Below are positions 22,317-32,364 of a stretch of 45,599 nucleotides of DNA, one piece after another. The notes below the pieces were generated by a model. It was given only the letters and a program-made list of their open reading frames with translations. It had not been told where the DNA came from and did not search any database. How positions within the stretch are numbered: the first letter of the stretch is position 1; every line of letters begins with the position of its first letter. Source of the DNA: Alloascoidea hylecoeti (taxonomy: Eukaryota); contig BCKZ01000020.1 in assembly GCA_001600815.1 (NCBI GenBank), forward strand, positions 62,001 to 107,599, given 5' to 3'. The translations under genes were made by a program, and so were the position numbers.

Positions 22317-24165
22317 AGTGAATTTTTTGGATCGGTTTTGGATAGGCTTAAGCGATACTAGGACTTCATCTGACAGAGGATTCTTTTTTACTAGATTCGC
22401 TGCACAGGGTTGAAGCATTACACCGCCAACGCCAACCTGGCTCGCGTCTGAAAAAATATAGATGGGTAAATGAGGATTGTAGTGAATAAGATTCTGGAGG
22501 GGAATATTTTTGAGATAGTCAAATTCTTTTTGATGTTCAGAAGTCCATTCAAATTTTGTATTCTTTTTCAATAGATTGGTGATATGATATGTGTGATGGG
22601 AGTAGTTTTTGAAAAACTTGTGAAAAAATTGACCTAAAAGAGTTTGAATTTCCTTTTTGGAGATAGGAATATTTGTTTTCTCTACTAGGGGTTACTAGGT
22701 TCTCCGAAATCTCATGACCTAGCCAAACAACAGAGGGTTTAAAAGACGAACATTTTTCTAAATTTACTTTAAGATTATTTTTTTCGAGTAATTAACACTT
22801 CGGATAGGTCCAGTAAATGTTGACTAGCATCATTTGAGTTGATGAGTAAATCATCTATATATGCATGTAAACGAGGAGTGTGTAAGAGTAACTTTTAGAT
22901 AAATAACGAGAACACTCAAGGAGCTTTCTTTAGACCGAAGGGCAATACCTTGTCTGGTATTTACCCCAGGATGTCATAAAGGATGTATATGCTCTCGTAT
23001 CAGGGTGAATTTGTAACAAGTTGTACCCAGCTGTGAGGTACTGAATATTTTACCGCTTATACTAGACATTATTTCATCAATACTAACATGTAAGGGAGGC
23101 TCAGAAATTGTCACCGTGTTGATCTGTTGATAGTCGATTACCATACGGAGAGCGTTTGAATGTGGTTTTTTCACATAGGAAGGTATAGAACAATACCTGA
23201 ATATTGAAGTTTCAATAAGGCCTGCTTCAAGCATACGGTTTATCTCTTTTTGTAGGAAAGATTTATGGGCATATGAATAAACAGGAATAGGTCGATTTTT
23301 AAGCTTGGAGTATTACTCTTGTTGTATATTAATTTTATAATCCTCCACTCTCGCTGGAGGAAGGGACTTGATGTTTTTGCAATAATGATAATAGTTTCGG
23401 ATCGGAACTATATTTATCTTTTAAGAATTGTGGAATACTTAAAATCATTTCTTTTTTAGCAACCAAAAGTGGTGTTAATTCAATAGTATAGTATATATAT
23501 TGTGTATTTCGTTTGAAGTATATTCCGCTAAGTCGAATATGAGTATTTGGATCTTCTTACCTCCATCAAAAACCGGAGAAATATCTAAAGAATTTAGGAC
23601 TCTGGGTAATTCTATAAAATCTTCCTTTTCTTCGATAAACTTCCACATGGAAATTTAATTTTGACCATTTAACCAATTGTCTATATATTCCACGAATATA
23701 ATTTCGTTCGTAAGTGTCACCTAAACCAATAAACTTAAAGAATAATACCATTTCTTGAATGTCAATCTCATCACCTTCGGCTTCAGATTTTTCGTTAACA
23801 ATAACTTCAAACTTTGCCTTCACCTTAGATACTTTAGATAAATCACCTTGGCAAGCTATGGCATCAACCAGTTGTTTGCCTTCTTCAAGGGACAGGTTTC
23901 CTTCACAGGCGGGAAATATTTGGTAAACCAGAGTTTCGATATTCTGGATCATCTTAGTTCTGTTATCTTGATCCCATAACCATTTAGGAATGACTTCCGT
24001 GACCATGGCTCATCGGCTCTTTATGTCTTTTGCTTCTTCTGACATTTTTATAAAATTTTCTTTCAAAATAAGACCGGTTATACTACTTTTTTAATGCTTA
24101 GTATGTTCCCAGCTCGGCCCCCATATGATGGTGTACTACAAAAGTTGTAATGTGTAATGTATGAT
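22317..24165 (-). mobile_element. Degenerate Ty3/gypsy retrotransposon: partial 5' LTR (end at 24126), PBS, gag-like ORF, RT and RNase H fragments; integrase and 3' LTR missing
   Basis: Fragments across frames: LPPARVEDYKINI, KEINRMLEAGLIE..LRMVIDY (23234-22974), LPFGL (~22945), HAYIDDLLI (~22867-22841), FEWTSEHQKEF and IFSDASQVGVGGVMLQ (RNase H). The gag-like ORF 24006-23566 has an upstream in-frame ATG at 24045 interrupted by TGA. Confidence 0.9.
24106..24123 (-). other. Primer-binding site complementary to the 3' end of tRNA-Pro
   Basis: The minus strand reads TGGGGGCCGAGCTGGGAA, 2 nt after the LTR end ...CCATCA. The plus strand TTCCCAGCTCGGCCCCCA resembles fungal tRNA-Pro 3' ends including CCA. 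Confidence 0.75.
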
Positions 24166-24239
24166 CTATTAAATTTGTTATTAATCTATTCTAGAGGTTA
24201 CTCTATTTATATATGACTCAATTAGACTTTTAGTTTTGT

Positions 24240-24498
24240 CCTCATTTGAAGGCATAAATCTTTTAACCACGAGATGCCGCAACGAAGTATTCGATACAAC
24301 AAAAAGAATTATATGCGATGGCATTTCGGCTAGACCATTTCAGAACGACAATGCTAAGCGCAAAAATCATATGTTACACCGACCACAAGTCATTAATATA
24401 TCAAAGAGTATAGTTAGAATAATTAATGACGTAGTTTAATATTAATCTCTGTGCCGCAGTCCCGCATATATGGTTTCAATAATTCTCCAAGACTTTTG
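24240..24498 (+). repeat. Diverged inverted copy of the YCF1-CPR1 intergenic/CPR1 promoter, part 2 (source ~8876-8584)
   Basis: Shared blocks GAAGGCA, CCGCAACG, GACC.TTTCAGAACG.CAAT.CTA, GACCACAA, TAGAATAA.TAATGACGTAG.TTAATA, ATCTCTGTGCC, and an exact 16-mer TTCTCCAAGACTTTTG (24483-24498 = rc 8584-8599). Confidence 0.85.
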
Positions 24499-25571
24499 CT
24501 AACTCATGAGTGAACTGAGGCTTACCTCAAGGGTAAGTCTGAGCTGAGACATCTATACGCCCAACTTAATTTGTCACATGATCAGTCATATTTACTGTTA
24601 CCTTAGTACTATTACTAAGGTATTACATAGCCAATGTAATATCCAGACTTGTGAGCTTTGCGTAGCCAAAAATTTGACTTATTGAGCCGGTGCTCACGAG
24701 CTGCTTTTCATTACATAGTTTGATGGATACTTTGAGGTGTTAAAGCGACGATTCTAGGATGTATTATGTTCATTTTGATATTTTATTAAAAAAGATTAAC
24801 TATATCAAAGTTTAGGAATAGAACACGACTTAAATAAAGAAAATGGGCATCAAGTTATTCTTTTCAAGAAACATGAAACTCTATGACTTATTATTAATGT
24901 TAAGAATAATTTAATGCTATTTTTCTTTATCAAAATCAGATGTCAATTTAATTCTTAAACTTGAACTAATCAATCTTTTCAGTAAAATATTTTAGCTCAC
25001 TTTTTTTTTTAAAATGATTTTCTTGTTACATACAATACTGATAACTATATAAATATTATAGCGCTAGATATAATCATATGGCACAATTGAGCAGTTCGCA
25101 GAGAATCAATTAGCCTTTTGGTGTGACGGCAAGATACAGGCTTGTTATTTTAGAAATCAATATATACTTCTTAATAAAGTTTTTCCTTTTGATTATATAT
25201 TCTACTAATATCTTCTCGTATTAAAGACTAGGGAATAAACGTTGTCTTCATTATTTGGAATCACAGAGAATCTTCTTATAAGAATTTAAAAAAATTAGAG
25301 ACCCGACACGGTTATGTATCACTGCATATTTTAACTTTAAATTCTAAGACGCGTTATCTTAATAAATAATATTCTATGCAAATGTAAAATGTAAAACAAT
25401 ATTTGATGTTTGATAAGATAAATTGGATTTAAAACGCGTACCGTAAACAAAGTATACGTAATTTTCAAAATATTATAATAAAATTAACTGTATCAGAAAT
25501 TCCGAATCATGATTCAGAATTATAAAATGTGTTATTTCGGAGACATTTCAGGTATTAATAAAAACATCAAC

Positions 25572-25602
25572 AAAAAAAAAAAANAAAAAAAAANAAAAAA
25601 AA
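25572..25602. repeat. poly(A) tract (~30 nt, with two ambiguous N)
   Basis: Direct reading. Confidence 0.85.
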
Positions 25603-26032
25603 ATTTAAAAATTTAAAAATTTAATAAACAAATACGAATATTAATAATTTGATAAAATGAAAGAATAAAAAAGTTATTTAGCTATTAAGATTATATATTA
25701 ATTTCAAAATCAAGTATATATAATTACAAAAAAACTCAATATATTTATTATATAAAATATGAATTAATTGATGAAAATGAAAATGAAAATTATCATTTCA
25801 TGTCATCGATATATCATAAATCATAAAAATCACAAATCACAAAAAAAAATCACAAATTTTTCACCAAATTAAATTTTAAAAAACAAGGCGTATACTTTAT
25901 ATAGTTAGTATAATTATGGATAAGTTGATAAAAAAAATATACAAAAAACATAATGAATATAGATATATCAAACAAATTTATAAACAATATTAATTAATAT
26001 AAACATAATAAAATTTGTATAAAATTTTATTT

Positions 26033-26230
26033 TTATCGCCATTCATCATCATCATTATCATTTTCAATTTCATTTATTTCTTGATCAAGACTTGATCTAC
26101 TTGTTTCAGTTCTTGGTGATGATGATCTTGAATGTAAAGCAGAATTTGAAGAAAATGAAGAATGTGATATTGATTTTTTAACTGGTTCATTACTATTAAT
26201 TGTAATATTTCTATTATTATTGTTATTGTT

Positions 26231-26286
<56 letters not shown>

Positions 26287-26665
26287 CAGTAGATATAATA
26301 GAACGATTACGTTGTTTTATATTTGTATTTGAACTTGTTGTTGTATTTGTATTTGATTGTCTTTTGACATTATATTGTGATGGTGTATTATATTGAATAG
26401 ATCCATGATGACTTGGAGGATATTGATATTGATATTGATATTGATATGGATATTGATATTGATATGGTGGGATATATAATGGTACTTGTTGAATTGGAGT
26501 AATTGGAATTGGAGCTAAAGGAAATTGTTGAAACATTGGAGAAAATGGATGAAATTGTTGTTGATACTGTTGTTGATACTGTTGTTGATATTGTTGATAT
26601 TGAAATTGAGTTGATTGTAATGGAGTTGGTGGTAATGGATTTGGTGGTAGTGGAGAATGATTAAT

Positions 26666-26706
<41 letters not shown>

Positions 26707-28039
26707 GGTTTGGAATATCTTTTTGAGCAGGTTGAAAAGATTGTGATTGAAATTGTCTAGGCATATTACTACACCTATCTTTACCATAACTAATTTGTAA
26801 ATCTTTATAACTATCAATTTTATTAATTTCATTCAATGCTTTAATTGAATTTTCAATATTTGTAAAATTAACAAAAGCACATTTTTTTTCAGGTAAAAAA
26901 TTAATTTGTTCAATATCACCAAATTTTAAAAAATCAAATTCTAATAAATTATAAGTATTTTCATTAACTTTTAAATTACCAATATAAATATTTCTTGTTG
27001 CACCATTTTTCAAAACTTCATTTTCAATTTTTAATGATAATGGACCAGAATGTTTCCCCCATTTTACTTTAACCCTTTTATTATGAATAAATAATTGATG
27101 TATATTACACATAGCAAAAAATTGTGATGAAGCAATTGAATCAATAAAAGTAATAAAACAAATATTTTTTGATGATAGTAATTTAATATTTTCAATTAAT
27201 CCGGCTCTAACAACATTACAAATTTCATCAATTTTAATTGATTCATGTAATGAGCCTAAATAAATGGTACGATTGCCTAAATTATTTGCACCTGCACTAT
27301 TTGAAGTAGTTATTGTAATTGCAGCATTTGTTTGTTGAATTAAAGCAGATAAAATATAATCATGATCATATTTACTCTCTTCAATAGTAGTTGATAAGCC
27401 TAAATATTGAGTAGCATTATGAATCTGTAAAGGAGTCAAAGATTCGCATCTATCTTTACCGTAATAAATTTTAATTGTGTTTGAGTATTTTGGATCCAAA
27501 GGGACCTGTTGAACAGCTCTGATTGCAGATAAAATGGATAAAAAATGAACAAAAGCAATTGATTTCGAGGGAATATAACGAACAGTATCGATTTCGCCGA
27601 AAGATTTAAAATCTTGATACAGCTGATCTTTTGTTGTCGAAGAAGGTAAATTGCCCAAATAAACATTTCGACTGGCTTTATCCCTATGAATGGCCATGGA
27701 AACAGACGGAGGTAATGCACTATTATTCGCGTCCTCCTTCGCCCACCCGATTCTGATGTCGCTGCCATCGACGGAGAGCTTGTTCAAGCAGGCATCTTTG
27801 TAGAACAGTTGGGCGGACAGAGGAGACAGGAACGAGACGAAGACACAGTGCTTTTCGGGGAAAATGCGAATTTTTTCAATTCCCCCACCGGCGTGGATTC
27901 GGTCCAGGAGAAGCGAAGGGTTGGCGGCCACGGAGGGGGGGACGTTGCCGAGGTAGACCGTGCGCAGAGCGGCGGTGTCGGGGGAGGCCACGGGGGAGGC
28001 CACGGGAGCGAGCGACGGGAGAGAAGAGAGCGGAGCCAT
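26033..28039 (-). CDS. MRN1: Four-RRM RNA-binding protein (Mrn1 / S. pombe Nrd1 family) with Q/Y/N-rich C-terminus; likely start ATG 28039
   Basis: RTVYLGNVP..IRIGWAK, SRNVYLGNLP..YGKDRC, GNRTIYLG..VKWGKHSG, GATRNIYIGN..SYGKDRC. PolyQ (CAA)n at ~26667-26706 and polyN at ~26213-26285. The track's upstream start at 28144 is a GTG. Confidence 0.9.
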
Positions 28040-28168
28040 GGTGCTGTTGGTGTTAAACGAAAGAAGGACGGCGGGACGGTGGGACGGAGGGACGGAGCGA
28101 CCCCCAAAGAAGAATTTAAAAATAGACGGCGTGGCACGTGCCACCCACGTGCGCTGCTCATGCGCCGC

Positions 28169-29149
28169 TCATGCAGCCCGTCCCAATCCGGCCGCAAACC
28201 GCAGGTGCTGCTGCGCGAGTGCGCGGAACCGGCGGCCGGCCATGCCCAGGGCCGCGTGCGTGGTCTCTCCGGCAACCACGGGCCCGTCCAGACCCCGACC
28301 CACGAACTGCCTGCCTCCCCCGGGGTGCAGACCCAGGGGTGCACCCCGGGGGAGGCAGGAGAGGAGTACCTGCGCGACAAACGGACTCGTCTCCATTGCC
28401 TCTTTGAGAATGTGCACCCTGCGCTCGTCTCTTTGGAACTCGTTTCTGGCCCGACTCAGGTAATAGTATTCCTGAATTATCATCAATCTCACCAGCGCAT
28501 CTTCCTTCCTTTCCCCCAAGAGCCCCAGAAACGGGGGCAATGATACCCCCGGACCCGGCTCTTCTGCCCAACAGCCCTTCATCAGCCCAGCCGTGGTGGG
28601 GCGCAGCCGGGGCCATCCATTGCGTTGCTCTCGTAAAAGCTCAAATCTAGCAAGCGACCATTCCTTCTTCCTCATTTCCTCTATTTCCTTTTCAACCGTC
28701 TCCCGATATCCACTTCCGTATCGGTCTTTCCATTTCCATTCCAATATCTCTTCCCGAAGCATAACGTACCTCAATAACCTCATATACTTTCCATTTTCCA
28801 TTTTCCATTTTCCTGCTCTCAATCTATCTGCTTGTACTCTCAAGGGATTTTTCAAAGGTACAGGTACCTTACTCTCGCTCTCACTTTCACTCTCATCTTC
28901 ATTTCCTCCGACTCTTTTTAATCCCTTACTATTTCTTAACTTGAAATCGGATCTTGAAATTTCACTTTCGTTCTCATATGCATTTCCAATTGTTTGTTCA
29001 ATTTCAACCTTTTGCAAAACATCTAATAACTTTTCTTCCTTGTCACATAATCTATCTTTATCAGCTGACTCCAAACTTGAAAATCTTCCTATGCCACAAC
29101 ATATCTTTGTATATTGTAATCGTAAATGAATAGAAGCACTGCGTAGCAT
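28169..29149 (-). CDS. Hypothetical protein (326 aa), possible mitochondrial presequence
   Basis: ATG-initiated 981-bp ORF that stays open through moderately AT-rich DNA. N-terminus MLRSASIHLRLQYTK is basic/hydroxylated without acidic residues. No family recognised. Confidence 0.5.
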   Translation of the reverse strand: MLRSASIHLRLQYTKICCGIGRFSSLESADKDRLCDKEEKLLDVLQKVEIEQTIGNAYENESEISRSDFKLRNSKGLKRVGGNEDESESESESKVPVPLKNPLRVQADRLRAGKWKMENGKYMRLLRYVMLREEILEWKWKDRYGSGYRETVEKEIEEMRKKEWSLARFELLREQRNGWPRLRPTTAGLMKGCWAEEPGPGVSLPPFLGLLGERKEDALVRLMIIQEYYYLSRARNEFQRDERRVHILKEAMETSPFVAQVLLSCLPRGAPLGLHPGGGRQFVGRGLDGPVVAGETTHAALGMAGRRFRALAQQHLRFAAGLGRAA

Positions 29150-30311
29150 TTCTCTATATCTTTTCTCTACTTGTCAATATAAAGTTGTAAATTTTCAAAG
29201 TTCGGGATGAATGGGTGTACCACCATATCCTGATTCCCTAGACTTTACGCTTTTCAAGTCCCGGAATTTCCTGTCTCATTTCGAATTCATGAGTAATTAA
29301 GGTTATGGAAGGTGAAAGCCAAAAATGCGCACATCCTTCCAAAAATAATGACAATATTTATAAACCTGCCACTAATCACCCTATAAGGGTTTAAATTGTC
29401 AGAATAGGTAAAGAATCTAGAGATTATATTAATGTACAAAATTTTTTTAGATCAAAGTATGTAGTAATGGCGCCCTTAACCAAGTTAGCTCTATAAATGG
29501 CCAGCAGCCATCCTACAAGGAATATTAATAATGAAGCCAATTAGATTACCAATGATATCTTGATCCCATGAAGTCACAAGATTTGGAAAGAGACATAAAT
29601 ACTAGGTCTTTTTATAAATCCCGTGGAAGGCTCATAATCATAATCATAATCATACGCGTATAATTCCTGCCTTGTGAAGTTGTGCACCTTTTTAACCTTT
29701 TTAACCTTTTTAACCTTTTTATGTACTCAGTTGGATTTAAATCAGGCGAAAAAGGATCCGGATGCTACTCCAAATACCTCTATCTATCTCCTTGTTATGA
29801 AACAAATCTATTGTGAATTTAGTTTTATAGATAACTGTGTTATTCTGCTTGAATATGAGAGCCTTTGATATAGGAATCTTAATGTATTAAAATCCTATAC
29901 CATGAAACAAAACCTTTTTTTCCAAATTTTAGTCTATATCATACCTCTTAAGGACCCAGAATTCCTTATATTTATAAATTGTAGTCAAACATGCTCTTCA
30001 ATTGGAAGCGCTAGTTCTTGATCAAAATTTGTGTACTATAATTAAATGAATGGAAATGATTTACAAAGGGTCATAGAATAGATACATTATGATTACTGCT
30101 AAAATCCTTTTCCATGTTATAAACTTACACCTACTAAAAACCATATTGAACCAGTTATGCCAAAAAGTCGCCCGACCTCTTGTCGGCTGCTCTCGAGTGC
30201 ACACTGCAATTGCTATAAATACTTTTATGATTTTTGCAATAGAATATGAATTTATTTGAATTTTTTTTTCTCTTTAAAATTTGTCCTATGATTCATTTTA
30301 TAACTATATAT

Positions 30312-31360
30312 TCATATCTTTTTTTCAAGATATAGTTTCGACCAAGTTGGTAAAGCAAAAGAAGCTATATGTAATTTATAATTATAATATTTCCATTTTT
30401 TAATTTCTTCTTCAATACTTAACTTTCTTATTGGGATTTTAACATTACTTTTTGGATTTTTTGCCATTACCATAAGTCCTAATTGTCCAGATGTATAAGT
30501 TGGAACACACGCATAAGAATATTCAACAATTGGGAAAACTTCTTCACAATGATTTTTATAAGATCCTAATAATTTTAAATTTAACCATATATTTTCAGAT
30601 GCTTGAGTTATAACAATACCATTTTCAGTTAAAGAATTTTTTAAATTTTGAAAAAATTTTGTACTAAATAATTTTTCAGCAGGACCATCAGGATCTGATG
30701 AATCAACAATTATAACATCAAATTTTTCAATTGTTTTTAATATATAATTAAATCCATCACCAATAATAATTTCAACTTTTGAATCATTAAAACCAGAACT
30801 TAAATGTTTTAAATATTTTTTTGAAACATTAATTACAATATCATCAATTTCAACAAGAATTACTTTTTCAATTGATTCATCTTTTACAACTTCTCGTAAA
30901 ACTCCTCCATCTCCTCCTCCAATAACAAGAACTTTTTTAGGATTAGGATGAGAATAAAGTCCAAGATTTGTAATCATTTCTTGATACCTAGATTTCATTT
31001 TAGTTAATAAATCATATGAATATAAATTATGATAATCATAATCACATACGCAAATTCATCTCGTTCAGAAGCTTGAATAATACCATCAAGTACTAAAACA
31101 TTCCCATGATCACTACTTTGAAAAACAAGAACCTATATAAAAAAAAAAAAAATTATTAGTTTATAATTATATTCCAGTAAATCCATTATTAAACTTACAT
31201 TTTGATATTTTGAATCTCCAGAATATAAGATCTTCTCAACTTTTAATTCAAGTGCTTGACCAGGAAATTCCTCTTCAGAGATCTCCCTAAACCAACCATC
31301 AACAATTGTTGGATGTGTAAGAGGAACTTCTTTATCAGTATCATAATTGTTACCACTCAT
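30312..31360 (-). CDS. SPE4: Spermine synthase Spe4 (306 aa); 3 exons: 31360-31199, 31132-31050, 30987-30312
   Basis: Introns 31198-31133 (GTAAGT..TAG) and 31049-30988 (GTATGT..TAG) join [35 protein letters not shown] and [38 protein letters not shown] and [11 protein letters not shown] match Spe4 rather than Spe3. Confidence 0.88.
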
Positions 31361-32364
31361 TTTTTAATTGTTGGATATTTCAGTTGAAAAATAGTATTGA
31401 GATACAGCAATGAATAATTTGAATGAATAAATTGAATAAATAACTTGAATAAATAACTCGATTTCAAATCAAATGAATAAATTAATGAAAGTAAATAAAA
31501 GTTATTAATATTATATAATTACAAAATATATTATATTTTAATATCTTTAAAATCCAAAAAATTTAAATATTCAATATCATATAGGCCTATAGAATATTTA
31601 TTTTATATCTTCTTCTTTTTAAAAATTCAAATATATATCTTTTAAATTTATATTAAATATTAAATATAAAAATATAAATATGAATGAAATCAGATAGGAA
31701 AAAAATGAAATCTAATGAAAAGTAAATGTAATTGTGAATTGATCTTTTTTAGAGAAAAAGAAAAAAAAATTAAAAGTACGGTGTCACGTGTGTATTGCAT
31801 TTAAACAAAAAGGGAAATATATCTGCACGTGGGTTAATCTACTAAAATAATATTTCAACTGAGAATAGAGCTTCAATACTTATTATGTGGTGGAACAAAA
31901 AACTAAATTTATATTTTAAACTGAATTCACTTATTAACTACTTTCACCGGTGGTGGTGTTGATTTCGAATGACTTGAATAAAGAGTATAGTAGTTCCTCA
32001 CAAGGCTCAAGCTCAAGGCCATATTTTCCAAGGAGTCGTGAGAAATTGGTCCTAGGATTTGTTTCAGTGGATCCAGATCCAAAAATTATTAACATTTCTA
32101 TACACATTGTTTTTATACTTTATTAGTTCTTTACATTAATATTGTTTTGGAATAAATATTGTTTATTAACATTGCAATTGGTACCCGCTAAATACTTTTA
32201 ATATATTATCACTTCCAAAAAAAAAAAAAAAAAAAAACCTTCTTTCTTTTCAATAAACTGCTAATCATCTAAAATGAAACATATTGCAATAATTTCAATA
32301 CAATCACGAACATGATTTGAAGACTAATAAAGTACTTCACTTACAAATATATTATAAACTTAAT

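Noticed and set aside
24126..24342. Full-length ~217-bp right LTR ending at 24342
   Set aside because: 24240 onward is collinear with the CPR1 promoter copy, so this LTR is truncated.
27784..28616. Multiple overlapping ORFs in the GC islands (also 13902-14597)
   Set aside because: Expected from stop-codon scarcity in GC-rich DNA; they overlap better-supported genes.
31400..31835. Point centromere (GTCACGTG beside very AT-rich DNA)
   Set aside because: The most AT-rich tract is on the wrong side of the CDEI-like motif and no CDEIII CCG core is seen at the expected distance; better explained as Cbf1-type sites in the SPE4 promoter.
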